Shown here: piece after piece, positions 45,410-55,286 of the stretch
How the letters are laid out: each line of letters starts with the position of its first letter
Position numbering within the stretch: the first letter of the stretch is position 1
Source of the DNA: Clostridia bacterium
GTDB taxonomy: Bacteria > Bacillota > Clostridia > Christensenellales > UBA1242
NCBI GenBank assembly: GCA_045637945.1
Contig: JAZUAI010000048.1
Span: 1 to 58,340, forward strand
Direction of reading: 5' to 3'
Length of the DNA: 58,340 nucleotides
Program-made: the position numbers and the translations under genes
Notes under the pieces: generated by a model
Seen by the model: only the letters and a program-made list of their open reading frames with translations
The model's database searches: none
Told to the model about the DNA's origin: nothing

Positions 45410-47875
45410 TTAATTTTGATTGGTAAAAACCAAACCATTTTCGTTTACATTTACAATAATATTGTTGTTTTGCAATTCACCACTAAGCAATAAATCTGTA
45501 AGTTGATCTTCAATTTCTTGTTGAATAAGTCTTTTGAGTGGTCTTGCACCATATTCAGGAGAAGTTCCCTTTTCAACAACATATTTTAAAGCACTTTCAG
45601 TAAATTTTAAGCTGATTTCTTTTTCTTTAAGTCTTTTATTTAAGTTGTTTAACATAATCTTTGCAATACCTGTTAAATGCTCTTGTGTTAAGCTGTGGAA
45701 AACAGTTATTACATCAATTCTGTTTAAAAACTCTGGTTTAAATTTGCGACGAACACTGCTCATTATAATTTCTTTCATTTGGTCATAATCAGGGTTGTCT
45801 CTTGTAAAGCCAGTGTTATTAAAACCAAGTTGACTAGAGTGAGTGTTAATTTCGCTTACCCCACAGTTACTTGTCATAATAATAATTGTATTTTTAAAGT
45901 TTACTGTTCTTCCATGGCTATCGGTTAATCTGCCATCATCCAAAACTTGCAATAAAATATTAAAAACATCTGGGTGTGCTTTTTCAATTTCATCAAACAA
46001 TACAACTGAATAAGGTTTTCTTCTTACTTGTTCAGTAAGTTGTCCACCATCATCGTGGCCTACATATCCAGGAGGTGCACCAATAAGTTTTGATACTGAG
46101 TAACTTTCCATATACTCACTCATATCAATTCTTATTATATTGTTTTCACTGTCAAACATTGCTTCAGCCAAAGCTTTGCAAAGTTCTGTTTTACCAACAC
46201 CAGTTTGACCTAAGAATAAGAAAGAACCTATTGGGCGTTTGCTATCTTGCAAGCCAACTCTTGACCTTCTAATTGCTTTTGCAACAGCATTAACAGCTTC
46301 ATCTTGACCAACAACACGTTTGTGTAAAACTTCTTCAAGTTTAATAAGTTTTTCTTTTTCGCCCTCAGTAATTTTTGCAACAGGAATACCTGTCCAACGA
46401 GAAATGACTTCTGCAATATCTTTTTCTGCAATCATAGGGTCACTTGTTGGTTTTGATAAGTTATATTTATCTTGCTCTTTTTTAAGTTCAGCAGACATAA
46501 TATTTAAATCATTTGCAAGTTTTGTTGATTTTTCATAGTTATGTTGAACAAGAGCTTCTTGATAATTTCTGTGAACTTCTTTAAATTTGTCTTGCATATC
46601 TTGTAATTGTTTTGGTTGAATAGTTCCACTTACTCTTGCCCTACTGCTTGCCTCATCAATAAGGTCAATTGCTTTATCTGGCAAACTTCTATCCATAATA
46701 TATCTATCAGATAATTTTGCTGCTGCAACAATTGCTTCATCTGTAATTTGAATTTTATGGAAAGCTTCGTAGCTATCTTTTAATCCACGCAAAATTAAAA
46801 TTGTTTCTTCAACGCTTGGTGGATTTACCATAATAGGTTGAAATCTTCTCTCTAAGGCTTTATCTTTTTCAATAAACTTACGATATTCATCAGTAGTTGT
46901 TGCACCAATTGTTTGCAATTCACCTCTTGCAAGATATGGTTTTAACATATCAGATGGGTTTATATCACCTTTTTCACTTCCTGCCATAGCAAGTGTGTGA
47001 ATTTCATCAATAAATACAATAATATTTTTATCTTTAGTAATTATTTCTATTGCATCTTTAAGTCTTTGTTCAAGTTCACCCCTAAATTTTGTTCCAGCCA
47101 TTAAAGAACCCATATCAAGAGAATAAATTATTTTATTATTTAAAATTGCAGGAACCCTGCCTTTTACAATTGCTTGTGCAAGACCTTCAACAACTGCTGT
47201 TTTACCAACACCTGCTTCACCAATTAAAATTGGATTATTTTTGGTTTTTCTACAAAGAATTTCAATAAGTCGTTCAATTTCTTTGTCTCTTCCAATAATA
47301 GGGTCCATTTTACCTTGTCTTGCTTTTAGGGTTACATCATAACCAAATTCAAGCAAGCCTTCTGGTAACGAACTTTTATCGCCAGATTGATTTTCTTCAA
47401 CATTTTTATATGTTTTATGGCTTTCATCAATGTTTGCGTTTTTAAGCTCATCATGAATTCTTTCTCTTAAATTTAAGGTATCTATATTAAAATAACTATT
47501 TAAAAGCTTTACTGCAAAGCAATCTTCATTAACTAAAATTGCAAGCAAAAAGTGCTCTGCGCTTAAGAAATTATGATTTAACTTAAAAGCAATGTTTGAA
47601 GCTGTAACTAAAATATTTTTGCTTCTTGGTGTAAGTTCAAGCTTATCTCTGCCAAGAGCTGGGTTGAAACCTGCTTGACCCATTTTTTCAACAAGCTTTT
47701 CTTTTGTTACATTTTCATCTTTTAACATCCTACAAGCAAGCGATGTTGGAACTGATAAAATACCATATAAAAGATGTTCGCTATCAATTTGGTTACCTTT
47801 CATCTTTTTTGTTATTTCACCAGCATAATTTAAAACTTTTTGTGCACTATCTGAAAATTTAATAAAGTTATTCAT
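45410..47875 (-). CDS. clpC: ATP-dependent Clp protease ATP-binding subunit ClpC
   Basis: 821 aa. It has Clp_N repeats and two AAA+ modules ([16 protein letters not shown]). It is co-transcribed with ctsR. Confidence 0.93.
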   Translation of the reverse strand: MNNFIKFSDSAQKVLNYAGEITKKMKGNQIDSEHLLYGILSVPTSLACRMLKDENVTKEKLVEKMGQAGFNPALGRDKLELTPRSKNILVTASNIAFKLNHNFLSAEHFLLAILVNEDCFAVKLLNSYFNIDTLNLRERIHDELKNANIDESHKTYKNVEENQSGDKSSLPEGLLEFGYDVTLKARQGKMDPIIGRDKEIERLIEILCRKTKNNPILIGEAGVGKTAVVEGLAQAIVKGRVPAILNNKIIYSLDMGSLMAGTKFRGELEQRLKDAIEIITKDKNIIVFIDEIHTLAMAGSEKGDINPSDMLKPYLARGELQTIGATTTDEYRKFIEKDKALERRFQPIMVNPPSVEETILILRGLKDSYEAFHKIQITDEAIVAAAKLSDRYIMDRSLPDKAIDLIDEASSRARVSGTIQPKQLQDMQDKFKEVHRNYQEALVQHNYEKSTKLANDLNIMSAELKKEQDKYNLSKPTSDPMIAEKDIAEVISRWTGIPVAKITEGEKEKLIKLEEVLHKRVVGQDEAVNAVAKAIRRSRVGLQDSKRPIGSFLFLGQTGVGKTELCKALAEAMFDSENNIIRIDMSEYMESYSVSKLIGAPPGYVGHDDGGQLTEQVRRKPYSVVLFDEIEKAHPDVFNILLQVLDDGRLTDSHGRTVNFKNTIIIMTSNCGVSEINTHSSQLGFNNTGFTRDNPDYDQMKEIIMSSVRRKFKPEFLNRIDVITVFHSLTQEHLTGIAKIMLNNLNKRLKEKEISLKFTESALKYVVEKGTSPEYGARPLKRLIQQEIEDQLTDLLLSGELQNNNIIVNVNENGLVFTNQN

Positions 47876-48335
47876 TTTCTTTCCCTCTCAATACATTTAT
47901 TAAAAAACTTTTTAAAATATTTGCCCTTAACTGCCCTTCAATTTTAATTGGATTGCTTAAGGCTTTATCTGTTAGGGCATAACTTATTGTTTGAGCTTCG
48001 TTTTTTGTTATAAAAGACTTTTCAACCAAATCTTCTAAAATATAAACAGCATCTTTATAAGAAATTGGTTTTGATAAAGTTTCATCAACAATTTTATATA
48101 TATAATGATTGTCAAAATCTTTTAACTTAACAATTTTTATAAAACCGCCCCCACCACGTTGGCTTTGAATAATATAACCACGGTTTAAGTTAAATCTTGT
48201 TGTTAAAACATAGTTGATTTGACTTGGAGCACAATTAAAAAAATCTGCAAGTTCGTTGCGAGATAAGTTAATATCATCAGAATTTCCCATTGTTGATAAT
48301 ATAAAATTTTCAATTATATCACTAACATTTGGCAT
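47868..48335 (-). CDS. ctsR: Class III stress-gene repressor CtsR
   Basis: 155 aa. It has SQINYVLTTRFNLNRGYIIQSQRGGGGFIKIV, the CtsR glycine-rich hallmark. It overlaps the clpC start by 8 nt. Confidence 0.92.
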   Translation of the reverse strand: MPNVSDIIENFILSTMGNSDDINLSRNELADFFNCAPSQINYVLTTRFNLNRGYIIQSQRGGGGFIKIVKLKDFDNHYIYKIVDETLSKPISYKDAVYILEDLVEKSFITKNEAQTISYALTDKALSNPIKIEGQLRANILKSFLINVLRGKENE

Positions 48336-48372
48336 ATAACTTTACTACTCCTTTTTTAATAATTTTAAAAAG

Positions 48373-48423
48373 TTTGACTTTCTTTGACCTTTAAATGATA
48401 ACGCAATAAAATTTTACTGTCAA
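48373..48423 (-). promoter_or_regulatory. ctsR promoter with a CtsR operator
   Basis: The minus strand has TTGACA (plus 48418-48423), a 17-nt spacer and TATCAT (plus 48395-48400). This is followed by GGTCAAAGAAAGTCAAA (plus 48373-48389), which matches the CtsR heptad direct repeat (A/G)GTCAAA-NAN-(A/G)GTCAAA. Confidence 0.8.
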
Positions 48424-48510
48424 CAAAATTTTACTGTGTTTTAACTTTTTTTAAAATAATTTTAAATTTTTACATTTTTTTGGCATGTTTATGATGACTT
48501 TTTTATTTAT

Positions 48511-48541
48511 TGTGATATAATAAATTTTAGAACATTTGTTT
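48511..48541 (+). promoter_or_regulatory. dinB promoter with a candidate LexA (Cheo-type) box
   Basis: TGTGATATAAT contains the -10 TATAAT at 48516-48521. GAACATTTGTTT at 48530-48541 resembles GAAC-N4-GTTC with a degenerate 3' half. Confidence 0.45.
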
Positions 48542-48573
48542 TATTTTTTATTAAAAAGGAGGAAGTTTTTTTA

Positions 48574-49809
48574 ATGAATAGAGCTATTTTACACTGTGAT
48601 TTAAACAATTTTTATGCTTCTGTTGAATGTATGAAAAACCCAGAATATAAAAATCTTCCTCTTGCAGTAACTGGTAATCCTAAAAAAAGAACAGGAATAA
48701 TACTTGCAAAAAACACATTAGCAAAAGCTTTTGGAGTTAAAACTGGTGATGTTATTTGGAAAGCAAAACAAATATGCCCTAACCTTATTTGCGTTTCACC
48801 TGACTTTGAAAGTTATGCCAAATACTCTGAAGCCGTAAGACAAATTTATTTAAAATACACTGACTTTGTTGAGCCATTTGGTATTGATGAGTGTTGGCTT
48901 GATATAACTAAAAGTCAAAAACTGTTTGGCTCTCCTTTTAAAATTGCCCAAATGATTAAAGATGAAATAAAAAACACTTTGGGCCTTACAATTTCAGTTG
49001 GTTTATCCTTTAGCAAGATGTTTGCGAAACTTGGTAGCAAAATTGCAAAAAACGATGAGATTATTACAATAACAAAAGTTGATTATAAAGAAAAAATTTG
49101 GCATCTTCCTGTTGAAAAACTTATTTTTGTTGGAAGAAAAAGACTTGTTCAATTAAAAAAATTAAACATAAATACAATTGAAGACTTGGCAAAAGCTGAT
49201 AAAACCATACTTATAAATATGTTTGGCGTTAGTGGCGAATACTTAATTCAAATTGCAAACGGAACAGAACCTGATGAAGTTTCAAATTACAATAATTTAA
49301 AAGCAATAAAAAGCATTGGAAACGGCACCACTTCTATAACTGATATAAATACTTTTGAGCAAGCAAAACAACTTATATTTTATTTATCAGAAATGATTGC
49401 AAAAAGATTAAGAGAAAAAGGCTTTAAAAGTTTGTGTATAAATTTGGCAATTAAAAATACTGACCTTAATTGGATTTCACACTCAAAAACCTTTGAAGAG
49501 CCAACAAATAATGCTTATGAAATAGCAAACCACAGCTTAGAACTTTTTAATAAATCTTGGAACTTTTCAAAAGAAAAAAATTTAATAAGAGCAATAAGAA
49601 TTGCCTGTTCAAATTTAGTTGGCGACAAAGAAAGTTTTCAAACTAACTTATTTTTTGATGAAAGTAAAAGCGAAAAGTATTTTAAAGCAGATAACACTAT
49701 TGACAAAATTAAAAACAAATATGGCGACAGCAAAATAAAAAGAGCTCTACTTCTTAAGGCAAGTCACATAAATTGTGAGGCCAGTGACGACTTTTTTGAA
49801 GAAGAATAA
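48574..49809 (+). CDS. dinB: DNA polymerase IV (Y-family)
   Basis: 411 aa. It has N-terminal ILHCDLNNFYASVE and IDECWLD, with a Y-family palm/fingers/little-finger layout. Confidence 0.9.
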   Translation: MNRAILHCDLNNFYASVECMKNPEYKNLPLAVTGNPKKRTGIILAKNTLAKAFGVKTGDVIWKAKQICPNLICVSPDFESYAKYSEAVRQIYLKYTDFVEPFGIDECWLDITKSQKLFGSPFKIAQMIKDEIKNTLGLTISVGLSFSKMFAKLGSKIAKNDEIITITKVDYKEKIWHLPVEKLIFVGRKRLVQLKKLNINTIEDLAKADKTILINMFGVSGEYLIQIANGTEPDEVSNYNNLKAIKSIGNGTTSITDINTFEQAKQLIFYLSEMIAKRLREKGFKSLCINLAIKNTDLNWISHSKTFEEPTNNAYEIANHSLELFNKSWNFSKEKNLIRAIRIACSNLVGDKESFQTNLFFDESKSEKYFKADNTIDKIKNKYGDSKIKRALLLKASHINCEASDDFFEEE

Positions 49810-49848
49810 TTTTGAATAAAAAACAAAATTTTTAATATTTTTAAATAC

Positions 49849-49888
49849 AAAAAAGGAAGAAACCAAAAAATTGATTTCTTCCCTTTTA
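49849..49888. terminator. Intrinsic terminator between dinB and pnuC
   Basis: Stem GGAAGAAA/TTTCTTCC with a 12-nt loop. A-run upstream and a T-rich tract downstream. Confidence 0.6.
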
Positions 49889-49909
49889 TTTAGTATTTAG
49901 TTTTTAAAA

Positions 49910-50707
49910 TTATTTTGCTTCTGCTTTCTTTTCAAGTTGTTTTTCACCTTCAACTTGTTTTTCATTTTTATGTTTGTTTGTATAAATAAGCCATTTAATA
50001 AAACCATAAATTGTGTTAACCATCATTGCAGCAATTGTAATAAGCATAATGTAACTGCCACTTAAAATATACAATACTGCATCTAAAATAAGAGTTAACA
50101 TCCAAGCAATCCATTGTTCGTTGTATCTAAGTAAAATTAAAATACCATTTGCCATACCTACTGCACTTACAAAAGCATCAATATAAGTATCTTCTGCACC
50201 AGGAATTAATGTTAATAAATAACCAACACCAAAACCAAAACCAAGAATTGCAAGAACCATTAAAATATCTTGTTTCCAAGAAAGTCTTTTAACTTTTGTT
50301 AAAACATCTTCTTTTTCATCTGGGTTTTTATGCCATTGAATAAAAGAAACAATATCAATAGGAATCCAGAAAATAATTGAAATTAAAGCTGTGCTGTATG
50401 CTCCAATTGAAAAATACAAAACAGATTCTGTAATTTCAATAAATAAAATTGAAACAATAAAGTTCCATTTGCTTTGCTTAGCAATTAAAAGCTCGCAAAC
50501 TGGATTTGCTAAAACTGCAATAACTGAACAAACAATAACAAATGTATTATCTGTTTCAAGCATTTCTTCTGGTAATAAAATTGCAAATAATGCAACAAGC
50601 ACAAAAACTGTAACTAAATATGTAATTTGATATGGTGTAAAAGACTTCAAAAATTTAACAAATTTATTTTGTGAAGCTTCTACTTTAACTTCTTTTTCTT
50701 TTGTCAT
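49910..50707 (-). CDS. pnuC: Nicotinamide riboside transporter PnuC family
   Basis: 265-aa protein with about seven TM helices. It has the IFWIPIDIVSFIQW and WIAWMLTLILD patterns typical of PnuC. The C-terminal tail is Lys/Glu-rich. Confidence 0.75.
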   Translation of the reverse strand: MTKEKEVKVEASQNKFVKFLKSFTPYQITYLVTVFVLVALFAILLPEEMLETDNTFVIVCSVIAVLANPVCELLIAKQSKWNFIVSILFIEITESVLYFSIGAYSTALISIIFWIPIDIVSFIQWHKNPDEKEDVLTKVKRLSWKQDILMVLAILGFGFGVGYLLTLIPGAEDTYIDAFVSAVGMANGILILLRYNEQWIAWMLTLILDAVLYILSGSYIMLITIAAMMVNTIYGFIKWLIYTNKHKNEKQVEGEKQLEKKAEAK

Positions 50708-50883
50708 TTTTTATTTTCTCCCTTAAATTTTTAATTTTTACTTTTGTTTAAATAAAAAATTTAGTTAGGAGGAGCTTTATTTAAAAATTTATCTTTAGGA
50801 ATAATTTTACCCCTCAAAGATTTTAATGTTATTTCATAACGCTGCATAGCAACATATACTTCCTTTTAAACAAAAGAAAAAAC

Positions 50884-51504
50884 TTATTTGTTTTTTCTTC
50901 TTTCTTTTCTATTACGCAAAAACAATTTTAACTTATAAAACATACCAAGTTCTTTTTTAGCATGTTCTTTTACCAAGTCAAATTCTCTTTCCTTTTCATC
51001 CAAAGAACGCAAATATTCTTTATCATTTCTAAACCAAAATTTTAATCTACGCAATCTTTGAATAGCAAATTTGTTTGCATCTCTTTCAACTTCTTGCATT
51101 GAGTAATAAGAATATTTTTCATTACCCTCATATTGAATATACGCAGACATATTTTGCTTCCATTTATAAGCTTTTGAAAATCTAAATAATTTCTTTTTAC
51201 TTTTTACAACATGATGTTGTTGAACATGCCTACCCTCATGAAACAAGGTTGCCAAACCCAAAAACTGTTGATTATCTTTAATAAAAAAGTCTTTGTTTAT
51301 ATAAATAGTTTGATCTTTATAAACACACAAACCACGTGTTCCATCATACCACTCTTTTGGATAAACTGTAAAGGCAGGTCTTTTTGTTTTTTTTGCAATT
51401 ATGTTTTCCATTTTTTGATAAACTTTAAGCCTTTTTGCTGGAGAAAGCCTCCTCCACTTTTTTTGCTTTAATTTATTGTAAGTTAAAAAATTAAATATGC
51501 ACAT
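50884..51504 (-). CDS. Hypothetical HExxH metallopeptidase-like protein (ImmA/IrrE-like motif pair)
   Basis: 206 aa. It has FHEGRHVQQ (HExxH plus Q), then EVERDANKFAIQRL about 45 aa later, which resembles the E-x-x-A-N-x-F-A element of M78 peptidases. The termini are very basic. Confidence 0.55.
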   Translation of the reverse strand: MCIFNFLTYNKLKQKKWRRLSPAKRLKVYQKMENIIAKKTKRPAFTVYPKEWYDGTRGLCVYKDQTIYINKDFFIKDNQQFLGLATLFHEGRHVQQHHVVKSKKKLFRFSKAYKWKQNMSAYIQYEGNEKYSYYSMQEVERDANKFAIQRLRRLKFWFRNDKEYLRSLDEKEREFDLVKEHAKKELGMFYKLKLFLRNRKERRKNK

Positions 51505-51604
51505 TATTTATATTTTCCTTATACCTAAAAAGAATATCAAATTTATTATAATTGGTCAAATTTATAAACAATATTAGCTATTTGAATTTATAAAAAAAAG
51601 ACCA

Positions 51605-52540
51605 TTATTTTTGGTCTTTTTTTGCTGTATTCTTTATTAATTTTTTGTTTTGCATGTTTGAAAATACTAAGAACAACACAAACAACAATATAACACTTAA
51701 AGCTAAGACTAAAAACATTACCCAAGTGCTAACTTCTGTTCCAAAAAACTTAAACGTATAGTCAAACCCTTCTTTAATTGATTCAATTATTGGTGCTGGC
51801 AAAGTTTTTGCCATTTCGTTAAAAACTCCACCCATATAATATTTTCTAAAAATAACTGTTGCATAAGTACCTGGTATAAAACAAACAAAGGCTTTCATCC
51901 CATCACCAAAGCTATTTATTGGCATATATGCACCACAAATAAAACCATACATTGAAGAAACCAAAGTTGACATAGCACTTAATCCACCTTGGCTTGAAAT
52001 AAACAAACTTACAAGTGAAGCAAGTAATGTTCCAAATAAAACACACAAAATTATATCAACAACAATCATAAAAATATCTAAAACAGATATATACCAACCA
52101 ACAATTGCTAAATACAACAAACTAATAATTAAAACAATAAAACAAACAATAAAAGTTGTTATAAAGTTTGAAACTGTATAAGCTGTTGAAATTGTTGATC
52201 TTTTAACTGGTGCTATTTGAAAATCTTGAACATTTTTTGAAATTTTATCTGTTACCATCATATTTGAACAAAAAGCAACAGTTATGCAAGAAACTGCCAT
52301 AATTGAAGAAAACAACCAACTTCCTGTAAAAGCATTTAAAATATTTTCGCTTAAAGTAAATCCTGCTGGCAAAACACTAAGTAAAGAATCTTCATAAACA
52401 CTCTTTAAAAAAGTCAAAAACAAAACAACCAAAATTAAAGGTGTTATAAGCGACAAAAAGAAGGTTAATTTGTCTTTAAAATACAATTTTATATTTCTGT
52501 TAACTAAAAAATTTAGTTGCTTAAATTGGCTATTTTTCAT
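51605..52540 (-). CDS. ABC-2 type transporter permease
   Basis: 311-aa six-TM protein directly downstream (2-nt gap) of the ATPase. Confidence 0.75.
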   Translation of the reverse strand: MKNSQFKQLNFLVNRNIKLYFKDKLTFFLSLITPLILVVLFLTFLKSVYEDSLLSVLPAGFTLSENILNAFTGSWLFSSIMAVSCITVAFCSNMMVTDKISKNVQDFQIAPVKRSTISTAYTVSNFITTFIVCFIVLIISLLYLAIVGWYISVLDIFMIVVDIILCVLFGTLLASLVSLFISSQGGLSAMSTLVSSMYGFICGAYMPINSFGDGMKAFVCFIPGTYATVIFRKYYMGGVFNEMAKTLPAPIIESIKEGFDYTFKFFGTEVSTWVMFLVLALSVILLFVLFLVFSNMQNKKLIKNTAKKDQK

Positions 52541-52541
52541 C

Positions 52542-53459
52542 TTAATACTCCTTTAAAACTTTTCCAGTAACATTTAAGAAAACATTATCCATCTTTCCTT
52601 TAATTACTTCAAAGTCTTTTATTTTGTCTGCGTATTTCAAAACAAACTGTTTTGCTGCTTCAATATTTTCAAACCTAACTTCAATATAGTCACCTTCAAT
52701 TGTATAACTATATTCACTATCTTCAAGTTGTTTTAAAAGTGATTTATCATAATCATAAAGTTTTACAAAATCATGTGCAAATTTATTTTTTAATTTGTTT
52801 GGTGTATCATGTGCAACAATTTTGCCTGCATCTAAAATAACAACATCATCAGCATCTCCCGCTTCTTCCATATAGTGAGTTGTTAAAAATACAGTCAAAC
52901 TTTTTGATTTGCGTAATTCTGTTATTAAATTCCAAACCAAAATTCTTGTTTTAGGGTCTAACCCTGTTGTTGGTTCATCTAAAATTAAAATTTTTGGATT
53001 ATGAAGCAAAGCTCTTGCAATGTCAACTCTTCTTTTTTGACCACCACTAAGTTTACCAAAAGGTCTATTATACAAATCTTCAAAATCAAGTTTTTGAGCA
53101 TAAAACTTTAAGGTTTCTTCAAATTGAGATTTTGTTAAACCATATAACATGGCCCTTGAAATTAAATTTTCATAAACAGTAAGTTTTTCATCTAAAACTG
53201 ATTGTTGAAAAACTACACCTAAAGCAGATTTAATTTTATCAATATCTTTATCAACTGAATAACCATCAATAAAAATTTCGCCACTATCTTTTTGCAATAA
53301 GTCACACATAATATTGATTGTGGTTGACTTTCCAGCACCATTTAAACCTAAAAAAGCAAACAAATCACCTTTTTTTACATCAAAAGAAATATCATCAACT
53401 GCTTTTACTTCTTTAAAGTATTTTTTTAAATTTTTAACTTCTATAATTTTTTCTTTCAT
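52542..53459 (-). CDS. ABC transporter ATP-binding protein (DrrA-like)
   Basis: Walker A GLNGAGKST, signature LSGGQKRR, Walker B LILDEPT, H-loop TTHYMEE. Confidence 0.9.
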   Translation of the reverse strand: MKEKIIEVKNLKKYFKEVKAVDDISFDVKKGDLFAFLGLNGAGKSTTINIMCDLLQKDSGEIFIDGYSVDKDIDKIKSALGVVFQQSVLDEKLTVYENLISRAMLYGLTKSQFEETLKFYAQKLDFEDLYNRPFGKLSGGQKRRVDIARALLHNPKILILDEPTTGLDPKTRILVWNLITELRKSKSLTVFLTTHYMEEAGDADDVVILDAGKIVAHDTPNKLKNKFAHDFVKLYDYDKSLLKQLEDSEYSYTIEGDYIEVRFENIEAAKQFVLKYADKIKDFEVIKGKMDNVFLNVTGKVLKEY

Positions 53460-53483
53460 TTTTTATATCCTTTAACAATTTTG

Positions 53484-54455
53484 TTAATTATAAAATAAAC
53501 CTATTGACCCTAAAACGCCAGCATTTGTTCCAAGTTTAGCCTGTTTTATTTTTACTTTTGGAGTTTCTTGACTTGCAAAAATTTGTTCATCAACTATTTT
53601 TTGAAGTCTGCAAATTAAGTTTTCTCCTTGATTTGATATTCCACCACCAATCAAAATAACTTCTGGTCTAAAAACATTTGCAAAGTTTGTTAAACCTGTT
53701 GCTAAATACTTTATGTAATTTTCAACAACTTGCTTTGCTGTAACATCAGTTTTTTCATAATCAAATGCTGTTTTGCCATTAACAAGTTCAATATTTTTAA
53801 TCTCCCACATTTTTGAAGATTTGTTATTGTTCATAGCATCTTTTGTTTGCTTAATTAAAGCTGTTGCAGAAGCATAAGCTTCTAAACAACCCTTTCTACC
53901 ACAAGAACATTTATTACCGTCAACACATATAACACTGTGGCCAAATTCAGCGCCTGCGGATTTATTGCCTTGCAATAATTTACCATCAACTACAGCGCCA
54001 CCACCAACACCCGTTCCAAGAGTAACCATTAATGCGTTTTTACTTGCTTTTGCCCCACCAAACAAAACTTCACCAAGCAAAGCCAAGTTCGCATCGTTTG
54101 TTATTTTAACTTCAAATCCAGTTTTTTCTTTTATCTTTTTCGCAAGTTCAAAATTATTAAAATGCAAGTTGTGCGAACACACTGCAACGCCATTTTCACT
54201 ATCAATAATACCAGGAGAACCCAAACCAATACCAACAATTAAAGACTTATCTTGTTTAAAATCTCTAATTAACATTTCAACTAAGTTAGCTATGTTTTTT
54301 ACAACTTGTTCAGGACCATCACTAGCCTGAGTATCTACTTGATTTGATACAAGCAAATTACCTTGCAAGTCAACAATACCACCTTTAATAAAGGTTCCAC
54401 CAAGATCTATACCTATACAAAAGCCTTTTAAACTTTCATTATTTTGCTTTTTCAT
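53484..54455 (-). CDS. glcK: ROK family glucokinase
   Basis: It has GIDLGGTFIKGG, the zinc motif HSVICVDGNKCSCGRKGCLEAY, and the ROK signature region. Confidence 0.85.
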   Translation of the reverse strand: MKKQNNESLKGFCIGIDLGGTFIKGGIVDLQGNLLVSNQVDTQASDGPEQVVKNIANLVEMLIRDFKQDKSLIVGIGLGSPGIIDSENGVAVCSHNLHFNNFELAKKIKEKTGFEVKITNDANLALLGEVLFGGAKASKNALMVTLGTGVGGGAVVDGKLLQGNKSAGAEFGHSVICVDGNKCSCGRKGCLEAYASATALIKQTKDAMNNNKSSKMWEIKNIELVNGKTAFDYEKTDVTAKQVVENYIKYLATGLTNFANVFRPEVILIGGGISNQGENLICRLQKIVDEQIFASQETPKVKIKQAKLGTNAGVLGSIGLFYN

Positions 54456-54518
54456 ATATTCTCCAATTTTTTATATGTAAAGTTTTGTTTACATATTTTT
54501 AACAAATTTTTATAAAAT

Positions 54519-55163
54519 TTATAAAGTTGTTTTGTTGGTTGCCAAATCGAAATGACATTTAATAATACCTAAATCAATTGTTGTATAAACTCCCAATGTT
54601 TTTTTAATTATAACATTGCCATTGTCACAAATAATTTTAAATTTTTGCTGATTTAATGCTGTTGGAGCAAGCAAACAAGATTCAACAGCTCTATCTAACC
54701 ATTCTGGTTTTTCACCTTTTAAAACTAAAACGTCTTCTGGTTTTTTAGAATTGTGAGGCTTTCCATTATGCATACCATAACCAACAGAAATTACACATAA
54801 TAATTTTTCTTTATTTTTTTTATTAAATTTAACTTGTTTTTTATCATAAGTTAAAACAACCCAACAAGTATTAAGGCCCAATTCTTGAGCCTTTAAAACA
54901 ATTTTTTCTCCATAATAACCTGCTTGCTCTTGGCTTGTGCCAATAAGAGCAATATAGTTATTTGCATTTGTAAATTTTCCATAATGAAGCAAAGAATTTT
55001 TAAAAGCTTTTGGTTCATCATAAAAAGATTGAATATTCATGCCACTTTCTTCGTTACATTTTTTTATATATTCATCTAACAAAACTCTTTTTTCTTCTTC
55101 AATTTTATCTTCTTTATATCTTCTTACAGAATGTCTTTCTTTAATAAGTTCCATTATTTCCAT
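54519..55163 (-). CDS. Nitroreductase family protein
   Basis: 214 aa with the N-terminal IKERHSVRRY hallmark. Confidence 0.8.
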   Translation of the reverse strand: MEIMELIKERHSVRRYKEDKIEEEKRVLLDEYIKKCNEESGMNIQSFYDEPKAFKNSLLHYGKFTNANNYIALIGTSQEQAGYYGEKIVLKAQELGLNTCWVVLTYDKKQVKFNKKNKEKLLCVISVGYGMHNGKPHNSKKPEDVLVLKGEKPEWLDRAVESCLLAPTALNQQKFKIICDNGNVIIKKTLGVYTTIDLGIIKCHFDLATNKTTL

Positions 55164-55286
55164 AAAAACACCTTACCTTATTTGATATTTAATATATATA
55201 TTGTACTCTTTTATAAAATAAAAACAAATTAAAAAAGGACCATAAAATCCCTTTTTAATAATATGTTTTATTTTTAATTTTTAAAA

